Shown here: piece by piece, positions 11,920-24,544 of the stretch | How the letters are laid out: each line of letters begins with the position of its first letter | How positions within the stretch are numbered: position 1 is the first letter of the stretch | Assembly (NCBI RefSeq): GCF_004010195.1 | Contig: NC_057719.1 | Coordinates: 61,981,106-62,032,391, forward strand | Length of the DNA stretch: 51,286 bases | Reading direction: 5' to 3' | Origin: Chiloscyllium plagiosum | Lineage: Eukaryota | Made by a program: the position numbers and the translations under genes | Notes under the pieces: model-generated | Seen by the model: only the letters and a program-made list of their open reading frames with translations | What the model was told of the DNA's origin: nothing | Database searches by the model: none

Positions 11920-12310
11920 CAGAATGATACAATGGTTTCAGCATAGTATACTTTGCCTGTTTGTTTCCATGCTTGACTGATATTCCTCTCCTTTCTCCAC
12001 ATTTCTGCAACCAATTTCTCCTCAGGAGCTTATCCAATTTCTTTTTGAAATCCTGATTGGAGCTTCCTCTAAATTTGTGCATTCCAAATCTTAACCATTA
12101 GCTGAGTTTAAAAAATAATCCTCAATGTTACTATTGTTTCATTTGCAAACACCTAAAATTGGGGCCCTATGCCTCTCAAATTTTCTGGCAATGGGAAGAA
12201 ATTATTTCTCTCTACTCTATTCAGACCTGCCATTATTTTGGATACCTCAATTAAAGCTCCTTTTTACCTATCTTCTCTCAAATGAGAACAGCCCTAGCTT
12301 CTACTTTCAA
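11920..12310 (-). mobile_element. Old CR1 3' remnant
   Basis: FKKKLDKLL..LQKCGERRG resembles the end of CR1 ORF2. Confidence 0.5.
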
Positions 12311-14959
12311 ATATTGTGTTCTCCCTTTTATTTTCATGGAGAACCTGTTCTTTTTCTATCTTTAGACCATGTCGTGATGGTCATGTAGGGATTTAATTAG
12401 AGTGTGTTGCCTTTCTGTCTGTCCAGTGCTGAGTGTGGGAATGTAAGTGCATGTATAGTATATGAGCAAAATTGCATTCATTTCAGATGAAGGCTGCTTT
12501 TGTTGTAAATTCATGCAATTTAGGATGGTCCGGACCTACAAAAAATGCATTGACAATCATTTAATCTTGAAGACAGTGTTGAGTTGAATCACTTATTTAC
12601 AATTGTGTTAAGTTCTGAACTCTTACAGTTCAACTGGTTAATTATTAATTGATCTACATGGTGAGTTGTATAGTAAAACAATTTCTATCATTTCAAATGC
12701 CACAGAAAAAGAAATCATCTCAGGAATCAGAAAAGTATTTGTTTGGATTCATTTTTGTGATGGGCTGACATAGAAGAAATGTTCAAAATCTATCTGTTCT
12801 GTCTTTATTTTCCTTTCCAGTAAGATAGGTAGTAGGAAACAAAATCCTTGTGCATATAGGATGTTCTACATGTATCGTACAAATTAAAATATTTGGTTTC
12901 TTGCTGTGTAGTGGAACTGCTGTTGGATGTGTCCAAAATAGGCTTTGATTTAAGTCTGAGGGTATGGATTTCAGTATAAATTTGAGTAAAGCGGATATAC
13001 AACAGTATTTTTAAATAGGAATTGCCTTTATTGTTTAATATTATGTTGCAGTCCAAGTTTTGCACGAAAATGGGTCTGACAATTGTTTCCTATGCTGGTA
13101 GCACAGGAAATAACTGACCGTAAAATTGATCAAAGGGCCAACACAAATGATTTCTTTGTGGGCAACACTATTCTGATTCTCAAAACACTGGATAATAGCA
13201 TTCCATAAGAGCAAGCAATTATTGTCACTACTATTGTGAAAATACGGTACGTCATGATGGGGAGCATTAGCATTTAAAGATTAAATCCAAACACTGAGCA
13301 ATTAACTGAGGGAACTATGCCTCAGAATTTGCCTTCCTAAACAAAAACAAAATGTATCATGTATCTCAAATTTAACAAATTAAGCACTCCAGTTTAAAAC
13401 TACATATTATGAACTTGGTTTTGCTTCTCACTTCTTCTCAAGAATTCCCTTGTATGTTATAACAATCTTCAAGATGCATTCACTTCTCCTGAGACCAAGC
13501 CAAAGATGTGCCACAGCTCTCCAGAAATCTCCTCAGTATTCCAGCATTCTTTCAAGGTAAGGTTCTATAGAAGTCCTTCCATTAGCATTCTGGGCAACAT
13601 GACATTTTTCTTCTTTTCTTTATAGACCACATGACCGTGCATGTCTCAGCTCTTTTAATCAGGCTAATATCCAAATGCATTCTTATAGTTTTCTGACCTA
13701 ATTCTGCTGACTGCTTTCTGCCACAAGGTTCTTTGAAGACCAATGAAGATTTCTTCCACGAGCTTCAAATCTTTCAGCTGCATTCCAATTATGAAATCAA
13801 AACTGAGATAGAGTCCCACCAATATTCCACAGGATGAATTATTAAATTGGCATTTTCTCTGCTGAAAGGTCACGCCTAACTGACTATCATTTTCTGTTGG
13901 CACTTTCGATGTAGTTGGCACTTGAGATGCAGCCTAAGCAAAACCTCTGTCTGTTCTGAACTGCTTCCTTCTTTCAGCAAACACACACAATTTAAAAAAA
14001 AAAATCTCTTTACTAAGGCTCCACCTTCAATCACTATTAGAATGGCAATGTGATAAGGCTCATTTGGGATGGAGTTCATACAGCAATTCAAAAAATGTCT
14101 TTCACTACTTTTAACTTTTGATTTAGCAATCAATGTACGCACCTCACTTTTGTTTTCTTGTTTTGTGGAGTTTTACAACTCTCTTTACCAGATAATAACT
14201 TTTAGTTTGTTTAACGGAGCAAATGATAGATATCCTGGCTCTATCAAGAGGTTCAGAAATGTTTGAATTTTGTTTTCCTTTTAACAATAACCATGTCAGG
14301 TAAACACTGATTTTTCCTTTACATTGTTTAGCAGTTTTCTTAACCAGGTTTGTTTTGTTGTATTTAACACTTTTTCAATTTCTGACATAAATATATTTCT
14401 AAAACGAAAGGTATTTTTTTGAAACATGTGAATTATGAAATAGGTGTTCACAATAGATATGAATATTGTTTTATACATTGTTGGGTATTTGTGATATTAG
14501 ATTTATAGTTTCTGAATTCTCTAACCAAGTTGAATAAAGTTTGGATTTTATCTTAAATATTTTTATTTGCCAAGGTCTAAAATCATGTTGAAAAATACTC
14601 CTAATGTTAAAATTAAACATTACCAAAGTAACTTTTGCACAATTAGCTTTTCAGGCATTACATTTCACAATCCACAATTGGGTTATTGGTTGATAACCTG
14701 AATGTGCTGATTGTGACATTGATTTTTATTAGTGGCCTCTTACTGTTGTACATATTCACATTTCCAGTCACGTATGTGTGAAGATCTACATGTTGAATGT
14801 TTTTTTTGTGTGTCTGAAAATTTTATGTTAACATGTAAACAGGAGGGGGACCATAAACAATTGTTTATGTAATCATATTTTTATCAGTATGATAAGTTGA
14901 TATGAATGGTATCATGTAGATATTACCACAAAGTTTGCTTGGAAGATCTATGCTGGATA

Positions 14960-15230
14960 TGATATTGCTTTCAAATCTCTTCATGACCTTGCATCTCCCT
15001 ATTTTTGTAATCTCATGTTATACAACTTACAGTAGTATTGACACACCTCTGGTTCTAGTCTCTTGAGCTCCACATTTGGCAGTCATGCTTTCTGCTTAAG
15101 ATTTGGAATTTGCTCTGTAAACGACTTCATCACGCTGTATCTTTTGAGACACCTAGGATAAGGCAGATTTCAATGTCAGATTTTGCTTGATAACACTGCA
15201 ATGAAGCACCTTCAGATATATTGTTCGACT
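14960..15230 (+). mobile_element. L2 LINE 3' remnant
   Basis: FKSLHDLASPYFCNL...FGSHAF..IWNL-like decayed L2 C-terminus and tail (tgaagcacctt). Confidence 0.5.
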
Positions 15231-15788
15231 CATTGGAGTTGTTAAAATTTTGATCATTAGCGTTTTGTAGACTATACTTGGAAATAAGGCTAAAATTCTA
15301 TTTTAAGACAGTCATCTCTTCTTGAATGACAGATACTTTGTGAACACTCTAAAACTTTCTCTTTAAATATGAGGTAATTATAAGTTGACAAAGGATACAT
15401 TGCTTTCAAATTATTGATTCAATGATTAATTTTGACAGAATGTAAAGAAGACAGATGTGTATTGGAGGATGTATCTACCAACTGCCATTATGCATGGAAG
15501 TTAGTTTTCTAAATTTAGAAATCACAGTGGAAATTCCCAGAGTGTTGTACTAAATTACATTTCCTAATTGCTTTCTTCTCCTGGGGGATTGCAGAGACCT
15601 CTGGGTGGGAGGAGTGGAGGGCGGATAGAGAGAGAGAGGGAAATCTTGTGTGTGCAAGTGACATTGTAACTGGTCTTTTTAATCACCTTTTGTTATACAT
15701 CATGAACAAAATAAGACTTATGAGAGTTGTGTTGCTAATTTGGTTCATCAGGGTTTGTTTCAAATTTGTTGATTTTATTTGTCCCTAG

Positions 15789-16135
15789 CACCCCGTGTGC
15801 GACGTGCACACTCATCTGTACAACTTGCGCCTCAGCCAAAGAAAGCAAAGAAGCACTCACTGGAAGACATAATGGATGGTATGATGGAGAAGTTCATCCG
15901 CTACAGTGAAGCTGCTGATGAAAAATTTCTACGTTACATGGAGGCATCAGAAGAACGATTTGCTCGTCTTGAGCAACTCCGTATGGAAATGGAGGAAAGG
16001 ATGAGACAAAGTGATCGAGAACATGAAGCTCGTGTTCTATTTATGTTGGGACAGATGATGGGTCACAACATGGCTAACTTTCCAGCCACATCGTCAACTG
16101 CTGAGGGTGAAATAACTGAAAGGAAAGTATTTTAG
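15789..16135 (+). CDS. Terminal coding exon, NLS-like motif plus coiled coil; probable C-terminus of a trihelix Myb/SANT-like (MSANTD-type) protein
   Basis: Acceptor ttgattttatttgtccctag|CA (phase 1); open 115-codon frame PKKAKKHSLEDIMDGMMEKF...EERMRQSDREHEARVLFMLGQMM; only 2 nt differences from copy 2. Family call is from motif recall. Confidence 0.75.
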
Positions 16136-16475
16136 ATCAGTGTTCAACTTATTCACTTAAAAATGAAGTACCTTTTGTAGTGCATTTTTATTTTATATAC
16201 AGTATTTTTTGATTTGACTGTGTACAGATTCATAACCAAAATATTTTTCAATTGTTTTTCAACTGTTGAGTGGTAAACAGTTTTTTTCCGAAGAACTATT
16301 CTGTACAATCATTCAACAGTAAACCAGCATATCTTTGTCTGTTAATTTGTAGAGTTGTAGAGGGGTGTGGTTTTCGTGCAAAACTTGAGTTCACATTTAA
16401 ATCAACCTGAAGTCAGAAGGAAATATTAGGACAAATGCAAAAATTAAGACAAGTCTAGAACTAAGATAATTATGA

Positions 16476-16481
16476 AATAAA
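16476..16481 (+). terminator. Candidate polyadenylation signal AATAAA
   Basis: First AATAAA I found, ~340 nt after the stop; retained in copy 2. Confidence 0.35.
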
Positions 16482-17982
16482 TCATGAATGATGTTTCATA
16501 TACCCCTAAGTAAGAGACCAACACTCGACTAATCAACAAGTGATCCAATATGACATTTCCAATCCAGTTGAAGGAAAATGCTGTATCAAGGTTACTGTCC
16601 TGCCTTTATTTTTCCTTTTTATTTCACAGCCTTATTGGAAGCAAATTGCTGCAGCACTGCCACTGTTTAATTCAATTGTTTCCCTTGCAATAGTTGCTAT
16701 TAGTAGTTCATCAAAAAATTGAAGTATTATGACATGATATTAGAGAGTCGTGTTTCATGTTGAGTAATATGGCATATGGTTACTTTAAAGAAATGAATCT
16801 TAATACCATGAATTAAGTTTTTTTTAAAGATGTTGTCTGATTTCTTTTGATTTCTAGTTTTAGCAAGTGGACTTAACATGCTCCTAATGGGACCTTTCCC
16901 TTTGCTGTGTTGAATGGTGTCTGCTTAAACCAGAATGTTCACATATTATTGTTGCCTTAATGGAAGGTCCATTTTTTGTTACCTATAGAGCAATAGTTAT
17001 TTATTTCTATTTGTTAGGAATTTAATTCTTATAATTTTTTAAAAATCACTTCCACAGAGTTGGGTTACTTTTCAAACTTTTTAGCTGATGTCAGAAATTC
17101 TGAATAATGAGTTTGATTTGCTGCAGTAGCCACAGATGATGTGCATTTGATTTGAGATACACATATTTCAACATTGACCATTGTGAAATTAAATGGAGCT
17201 AATGTCACTTTAAAAAGGAATTAGTGACTCCTTGGGACCTAACCAAAAACAACAAGGATAACTTTGTGTAAATGTGTTTCTTGACAGGTTAGGAAAGTTG
17301 TCTCACCAACTGTTAATAACAAAACTGAGACACTCCTAAGAAGAAACCTAAAAGCCTTCAGCATAATTAGTTGATAGATGATTTCTCATATAGACATCAA
17401 TTGCTCAGTTCAGTTGGGTTGTTTATAAAAAGTGTGAATTAATAAGTATATTTTCTTTTAATTCACTCTTGATAGTTAATACCAGGTTAAGATGCTGAAT
17501 ATAATAATTTTAGAAATATGTTAAATTAACTGGTCACTAGAATAGGATGGTTGTGTTTTGATTACTAACCCAGATGTGTAAAAGTATTCTTCTTGGAAAA
17601 GACATGTTAAAATATGCCTAACACTGATAGTTATGAATAACATATGTGCAAAAACACACAGATTATAATAGATTCTAATTTGCTTGTTTAATTCTTAGTT
17701 ACTCTAATTCCATGCCAATAATCTTCAGTCTGTGTATTTAATGTATATTCTTTCTTATATAGATATTTTATACCTACAGGAACTCATGTAAGATCACAGA
17801 AAACATCAACCAAAGAAAAGTCTTACAATCCCCCTACAGATGGTTAACTTGTGAAAAGAAAGTTGAAATTCCAGTTAATAACTGAAAGGATTACTGTAAA
17901 AAAAAAAAGTTAAACACACTGCAAAAGCTACACTATATCCTTTCTGTACATATTCAGTTTTCCAGAAATCAGTAATTCTTAC

Positions 17983-18264
17983 CTGTCATGGGTTTACTTC
18001 TGTTATTTTCTTTTGTAAGCCAAGAGCTTTCAATCTCAGAATTGTCTTTCAGAATGAGGTTTTCCATGTGGGGATTCCTTTTGTAGTGTATACTAGGCAA
18101 GTCTTCCAGACTTGCTTTTAAGTCTTCATGAATTTGGTCTTTTGGTGGATCCTCGCAGATGAACCTCTTCTGGGAGTTTTCAGGGATATCTTGGGTCTCA
18201 ATCCTCTGTAAGCTTATCTCTGTGGTATAATGAATCACATGTATTTCATGTCCAGATAAAAATT
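17983..18264 (-). CDS. Candidate antisense internal exon (282 nt, phase 1-1), unknown product
   Basis: Acceptor ttgtttgcttccaag, donor CAG|GTAAGA, stop-free 94 codons with hydrophilic composition; retained at 38369-38650. Confidence 0.4.
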
Positions 18265-18941
18265 CTTGGAAGCAAACAACTTAAAGCACAACTTCTTATA
18301 GCTGAATATTCGCAACACTATTCTGGGACTTCAGAGACTTAACAGTCGATGCACTATTAGTACACAGGCTGCTCCCGTTATGTCCAAGTGTAAACATGTT
18401 GCAGTTTCTTTCCAGGAACATTTTAATCTCCAAAATTGTTCGAACTGTGCAGGCACAGTAAGCCAAATGGTCTCCTTCTGAGCTGTAGCAATTCTATGAT
18501 AGTCAAACACCCAGACATACGGTTTTCAGAACAAGTTACATGACTCCCCTCATTTTACTGTAAAGACACAGACCCAAACATAGCAACCTCAAACTTCATA
18601 ATTTTAACACAAACCTATTTTAATCATACACATGAAAAAAAAATCTCTTGCCCATTTTGAATATTTTCTGTGGAACATTGCAACCACTGTTGTGAAGACG
18701 GCTAAAATAGACAAGATCCGCATACATTTAATTATAAATGCAATTCAGCTGATATTTCGGGAGTAAAAAACAAATTCTTGTGAGTAGGTTGAATGCACAA
18801 TTAATTTGAGCTTTGAAAAATGAACTTAACAATCTGTCCCATAAACTATGAATAGACCTGCTCTTCCAACAGTAGAGAAATATTAATTTTTTCTTTCATT
18901 TTGAAGTATTTTTACAAATTTGTTCCATAGAATAGATAGTT

Positions 18942-19093
18942 TCTGAAATCAAATCTAGATTTAATATTGAAAGAATGGGAAGAACAGGAAAGATTTAACA
19001 TATAATGAAGAGAGTGGTCTGAAATCAAATCTAGATTTAATATTGAAAGAATGGGAAGAACAGGAAAGATTTAACATATAATGAAGAGAGTGG
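18942..19093. repeat. Perfect 76-bp tandem duplication (2 units)
   Basis: 18942-19017 equals 19018-19093; single unit in copy 2. Confidence 0.95.
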
Positions 19094-21374
19094 AAACACA
19101 GGAAGAAAAGAAAACAAATTTTTCTTTTTGTGTGAGTTTATCATAATAAAGTAAAAGAATTGCAGTCATTAGGTCTTTTGCAGCTAATCAGGAAGGAGAG
19201 GATTAGATGATTTGGGAGAGTAACAACTTTAATTCCAAACATCTAAGGAACAAGAGGTGTGAAATATTATTAGCAAAATGTTTTGTTAGTTCTGTGACAT
19301 TTGTTGCTTCACTTGCACAATGTCTTGGATCTTTTATAAAATATCTTAATTGTGTCCCCCATATAGCAGACAATACTATGACTGGGAAAAGGTCTGCACT
19401 TAAGCCTTGCTTTTAGTACTGTTGTGTGGTTCCCATTAATTTGGTGTCAGTTGACCTTACCTTCTCGGCAACTCACCTGAGATTGGTTATCTGTTTGTCA
19501 GGCAAAATGAAAAAAAAAAATTTCACGGTACTATGTGTGTTAATGGTCTGAGTTGGAGACAGTGCCCTGAGATGCTAAGCACTTATTTCATTTTCCTTAT
19601 TAGCTTGATGTTTTTAAATTCCCCTAATAACATTCCTTTTTTGTTTTTGTTCCTTTATTCTCTTCAATACTTTTAATTATGAGCCATTGCACTTCTGCCA
19701 ATAGAAATTCGTAAATTAAAATGACTTGAATGATTGAAAATGTGACTTAGAGAAAACCCTACAGCATATCTGATCAATGTTGAGTAAAGTCAATGAAGTG
19801 TCCTGATTGCAATGGAGATAAACTAATTTATAATAGACTGTAGCACCAAGCATTTATATAATTGATCACCATGCAATTTGCGTGTTTCTAAATTGTACAT
19901 TTCACTCTGCCTTTCTTTAATTCATCGATCCAAGCTGTTTCTTAAGATAATTTTATCCATCAGCTTCAAAGTAATCACCTTTTGAACCCTTATATTTCTG
20001 CTTTGCTCATTGCACCTTTCAACATTTATTCTTGAAACACATGCGTTTTTTGTTGCGGTAGGTAGGATAATTTATGTTTGTTAGTTCTACTTCAGTTGTG
20101 TGCAGTTAAATGCAGCAATATGTTGATTGAATGATTGTAAGGCGCTATACCCAGAGTATTCAATCAGTGCACTGAGCTATCATTCCATATTATTTTCTGC
20201 CAAATGGTTTTAATCCCAAGCATTGTTCAGTTCCTTTTTTATTATTTTTAGATTTTCTCTCCACTACCCTCTTGTCAAAAAACACAACTTTTAATATTTA
20301 ATATTAACACATTATTGAAAAGTTTGTGAATTTAAGCACTCCATAAAATGCCTCAAGAATTAAAACAGATATCTACCATTAAATACACTAAGTTATTGTA
20401 GCTTCTATCCACTGTTTACTGGGGCTGTAAAGATGATTAATTCTGGAGCTGAAGAATGAGCTTTTGCAGAAGTGAGTAGATGAAGTCTTTATTATTTAAA
20501 TATTCTTTCAGCAACTATTTGAGCCAATTCCTCAGACTTCTGAGCCATTCCCCCATTTTGTTCACAGTAATTTGTGGCTTAAATGTGTGGTTAGATCATT
20601 GTTCAACTGGTGTGCAGAAATTTTGCATTGTTGATATACTGAAGGTGGTGATTGAACAACATGCTTGTCAATCATCAATATCTTTATGACATTCATGATG
20701 ATTAACAGTTGAATTCTGCAAATAAAAGCATCTACTTCTGGTTAAAACCTGGGTTAAAATACAGAGTGTCAACTATTTTAAAGAAAGTTACTTTTAAGTA
20801 ATTTCTGTAGAGGTGCAGTTTTGCATCATCTTGTGAATATTACTTCTCGGACTCTGCTTGGTTTAAGTTATGAAATGGATGAGTACCAAAATCTGTGGCC
20901 TTGGACAACACTGCTCTTGAAGAATTAATACAAAAACATGTTAGAGCCCACATCATCCTTCAGGATTCCTATTTTGGCCTTTTAATACAGTTTTGATTTG
21001 GGCTACCTAGCCAAGATCAGGCCACATAAAAGAAGCCCAAACTAAGTGGCAAATGGAATCTTTAAATGTTACGAACAGATTCATCCATTGTATAAATATA
21101 ATAAAGAGTGGAGTGTGGTACATATTTCAAGTTTGCTTTCATGGATTTTTTGATGATTGATCAAAATAGAATTGATTCCATTCCACTTCCTTTTGGTTTC
21201 ACCAATTTGTTTTGAAACTTCACTGTCAATGTAATATTTTTCTTTCCAAGCAAAACATCTTTTTTAAAAAAAAATTCCATTCATATTTGTAGAATCATAA
21301 AAGTCCAAATCATTTTTCCAAGGAGTAATATTTCCTTCATAGAAGTTTGTATCATACATTCTGAGCTGTGGACT

Positions 21375-21439
21375 TTTGTGTGTGTGTGTGGTGGGGGGGG
21401 GGGGGGNNNNNNNNNNNNNNNNNNNNNNNNNNNNTGGGT

Positions 21440-21481
<42 letters not shown>
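21375..21481. repeat. (GT)n plus long poly-G tract (G-quadruplex prone), with N gap
   Basis: Direct reading. Confidence 0.9.
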
Positions 21482-21654
21482 CGGTGGTGAGTTAAAACAC
21501 GTATTTTTACTTTTCTTAAGAATGTTTCCTTCAGTATAGGTACATAGAAAAGTGTAACTTGCCTGGATACATTGGAACAGATCCTTACCGTGTAAGCCTT
21601 ATATTAATTGTAGTTTACTGTAAGTTAGAAATTCTTTGCTGCTTCTATGTCCTT

Positions 21655-21680
21655 ATCATTGTTACAATTGTAACAATGAT
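21655..21680. repeat. Perfect 26-bp palindrome
   Basis: atcattgttacaa|ttgtaacaatgat. Confidence 0.95.
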
Positions 21681-22700
21681 GTATGTGCAGCTGTGAGATC
21701 AGCTGTTCAAGATTTCACATAAAAGTGTCCTATGCTGCTAGCTTCTTATTTGATTGACTGAAATTCCATTGATTTTTAAAATGTAGTTGAACAAAATTTG
21801 CAAACTTGGGTTCAGTAATGATGGTAACCACATTTTAAAACGGTTGTAAATTTATATATTTTCATTTCTGTTATGTCTTTTTTTAAAAGAAGGAAATGTG
21901 AACAATTTTGACAGTTCTGTTTGTGTAAATGCTGAAATTTTACCAGTCGTCCACATACTGAAAAATATGGCACCAGTAATGTAGGCAGCAGTCTTGGTTG
22001 ATGATACAGTGGTACTTACTAGTTTTAGAGCCTTCAAGTTATTGAAAGAGCAGTTGTACCTATGTGTCACTAGTATGGTATGAGGTTTGTTCAGTGTGTA
22101 ATAAACGGGCATGTGTTCTAAGGTTATTCTCATTGTGTTGTCTATTATCAGTATTGTTTCTCTAAATATTGTAAAACTGTGTTATAGGCATTTGTTTCTC
22201 AAATAAAAAACCTTGAGTACTTTTAAAAAAAAAGTTTTCTTTCTTCAAACAATTTTCCAGTGTACACCATTGTTAATAGTTTGAGCTTTAGCATTTTCCT
22301 GCACATTGTGGTGTGTTTGAATCTGTACTCTGGGTATAAACAGTTAGTTTTTGGCTCTCCCCATGTTGAAAATTATATTCTTGTCAGTACTTTTCTATGT
22401 GTTCTTTCATACATTTATTCTTTGTTCCACAAATTGTCAATCTTTTATTTGTTCTACCTCTTGCATAAGGTTTGTAAAATGATCACACTGTAGAAGATAT
22501 TCCTCTGAAGGTTGGGTCTAATTGCATTGAGGAGTTTCCCAAATGAATTGCTAAATTTAACAGGTGTGGAAATGCTTGATATTGAAACTAGGAAAAAGCT
22601 ATTCCATCATCTAACGAATATTCCTTCAAGATGATTGCAAGTAAACAAAGTGCCCAACTCCTTTCAAAGATTCAACAATGACAAATTAATGTTAACTTTC

Positions 22701-22835
22701 GAGTTCTGAAGATGGGTCATGGAGCCATACGTTAACTCTGATTTCTCTTCACGCTTGCTGCTTGACCTGCTGAGCTTTTCCAGCAACTTCTGTTTTTTTT
22801 CTGATTTACAACATCTGCAGTTCTTTCAGTTTTTA
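22701..22835 (+). mobile_element. Solo Penelope terminal fragment with decayed hammerhead
   Basis: GAGTT-CTGAAGA-TGGGTC-ATG-GAGCC-ATAC-GTT-AACTC, then gacctgctgagcttttccagcaac...catctgcagt, similar to the reverse complement of 3125-3250. Confidence 0.7.
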
Positions 22836-23363
22836 ATAACAAATTAATCATCGACTGTAGAAATATCTTTGGATTGAAAGAAATACAATCTCTCAAACAT
22901 AATCTGTGGTTTAATTTCATCCACACAAAATATTAAAGCATTTCCAAAACTGAATATAATGAAGTTACAGCTGGAAAAACTAAATTATAGAAATGGAAAA
23001 AAAAACTGTTATCATCCTGAAACTTAGACATCCAAGACAAAATAGATATTGCATTATGGTATCAAAATTTTCAACAGAGCTTTACACAAAAATATAGCTG
23101 GTGATTGTTACCATGTTACAACAATATATTTTTAAGTGTGTCATCCTCAGCAAAGCAATGGGCTGATGGGTAAATGCAGACTATTTTACTTGTAAAATAA
23201 CAATCTAGGTAGGTAAAACCTGTGAGGAAAGCTTAAATTATTGCACACTAACAACTTTAGTTTCTTATGGTAGTATATGGTATGTTTTCACAAAAGTTAA
23301 ATAGCAAATCCAAGTTGTGTTAAAGTTCTGACAGAAGGTCATGAAGTGAAAACCAAAACCATG

Positions 23364-24375
23364 TTTAAATGTGGGCATTAAGTATGACATTTCTAAGTTT
23401 GCAGATGATGCAAGACAAAATGAAATGTGAGGAGGATATAAAGACTTCTAAAGGGTTTGGAGAAACTAAGTGATTGGATAGTCTTGGCAGGTTGAATACA
23501 GTTCGGAAGGATATTGTGAAACTTGAAAGGGTTCAGAAAAGATTTACAAGCATGTTGCCAGGGTTAGAGGATTTGAGCTATAGGGAGAGATTGAGTTAGC
23601 TAGGGCTGTTTGCCCTGGAGCGTCAAAGGCTGAGGGGTGACCTTGTAGAAGTTTATAAAATCATGAGGGGCCTGGATAGGATAAATAGATAAAACCTTTT
23701 CCCCGAGGTGGGGAAAGTCCAGAAATAGAGGGCTTAGGTTTATGGTGAGAGGGGAAAGATATTAAAGAGACCTAAGGGGCAACTTCTTCACTCCGAGGGT
23801 GGTACGTGTATGGACTGAGCCGCCAGAGGAAGTGATAGAAGCTGGTGCAATTGCAACGTTTAAAAGGCATCTGGATGGGTATATGAATAGGAAAAGTTAG
23901 GATGGATATGGACCAAGTGCTGGCAGGTGGAACTAGATTGAGTTGGGATATCTGGTCGGCATAGACTAGTTGGACCGAAGAGTCTGTTTCCGTGCTGTAT
24001 GTCTCTATGACTCTATAATGGACTAAAAACAGAAACAGATTATTGCTTAATTGGTAACAGGCTGGGAAGTGTTGAACTTCAAGGGGTCTTGAACATTTTT
24101 TGTTCAAGTCACTGAAAGTTAACATTCAGATAAAGCAAGAGATTAATAAGAAAAATGTTCTGTTGCTGGAGAATTTGAGTATCGGAGCAAAGCGACTTGA
24201 CTGCAATTACATAATGCCTTGGTGAGACTACAGTTGCTACTATTTGGTGTGCAGTTTTGGTCTCTATACCTAGAGAAAGATATACTTTCCATAGAGGGAG
24301 TGCAACAAAGGTTCATCAGGCTAATTTCTGCAATGGAGGAATTGTCCTATGAATAAAGATTAAATAGACTGCCCT
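23364..24375 (+). mobile_element. Old CR1 RT fragment with a younger CR1 3' fragment (~23501-24016) nested in it
   Basis: Outer: SKFADD...LYNALVRL...VQFWS. Inner: LERVQKRFTSMLPG...tctctatgactctat tail. Confidence 0.8.
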
Positions 24376-24544
24376 ATGGTGTCCAGAACTAGGTGTCATG
24401 GGTATTTAAGACTGATTTGAGGAATTTTTTCACTGATTGAATGATTTTGCAAATATTCAGAATTCTCTACCCCACTGGGCTGCAGATTGTCAGTTAGCTA
24501 GATTCTCCAGTCTAATACATTCCTCATACGCAGGATGGAATGTC

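Larger units (their letters stand above)
5092..21740 (+). repeat. Segmental duplication, copy 1
   Basis: Colinear with 26184-43822; the ORF track shows many identical or near-identical peptide pairs. Confidence 0.97.

Noticed and set aside
13238..13249. gaaaatacggTA as the right TIR for the Tc2-like end at 8460
   Set aside because: Match is too short and the intervening DNA shows no transposase.
13443..13625. + strand exon-like signals (AAG|GTAAGG donor, tctttatag acceptor)
   Set aside because: Phases do not join the 15789 exon, the following frames close quickly, and copy 2 has a stop in the longest frame.
19477..19490. Minus-strand 14-nt micro-exon with CAG|GTGAGT donor
   Set aside because: The frame needed to join 18264 contains TAA; no support without RNA data.
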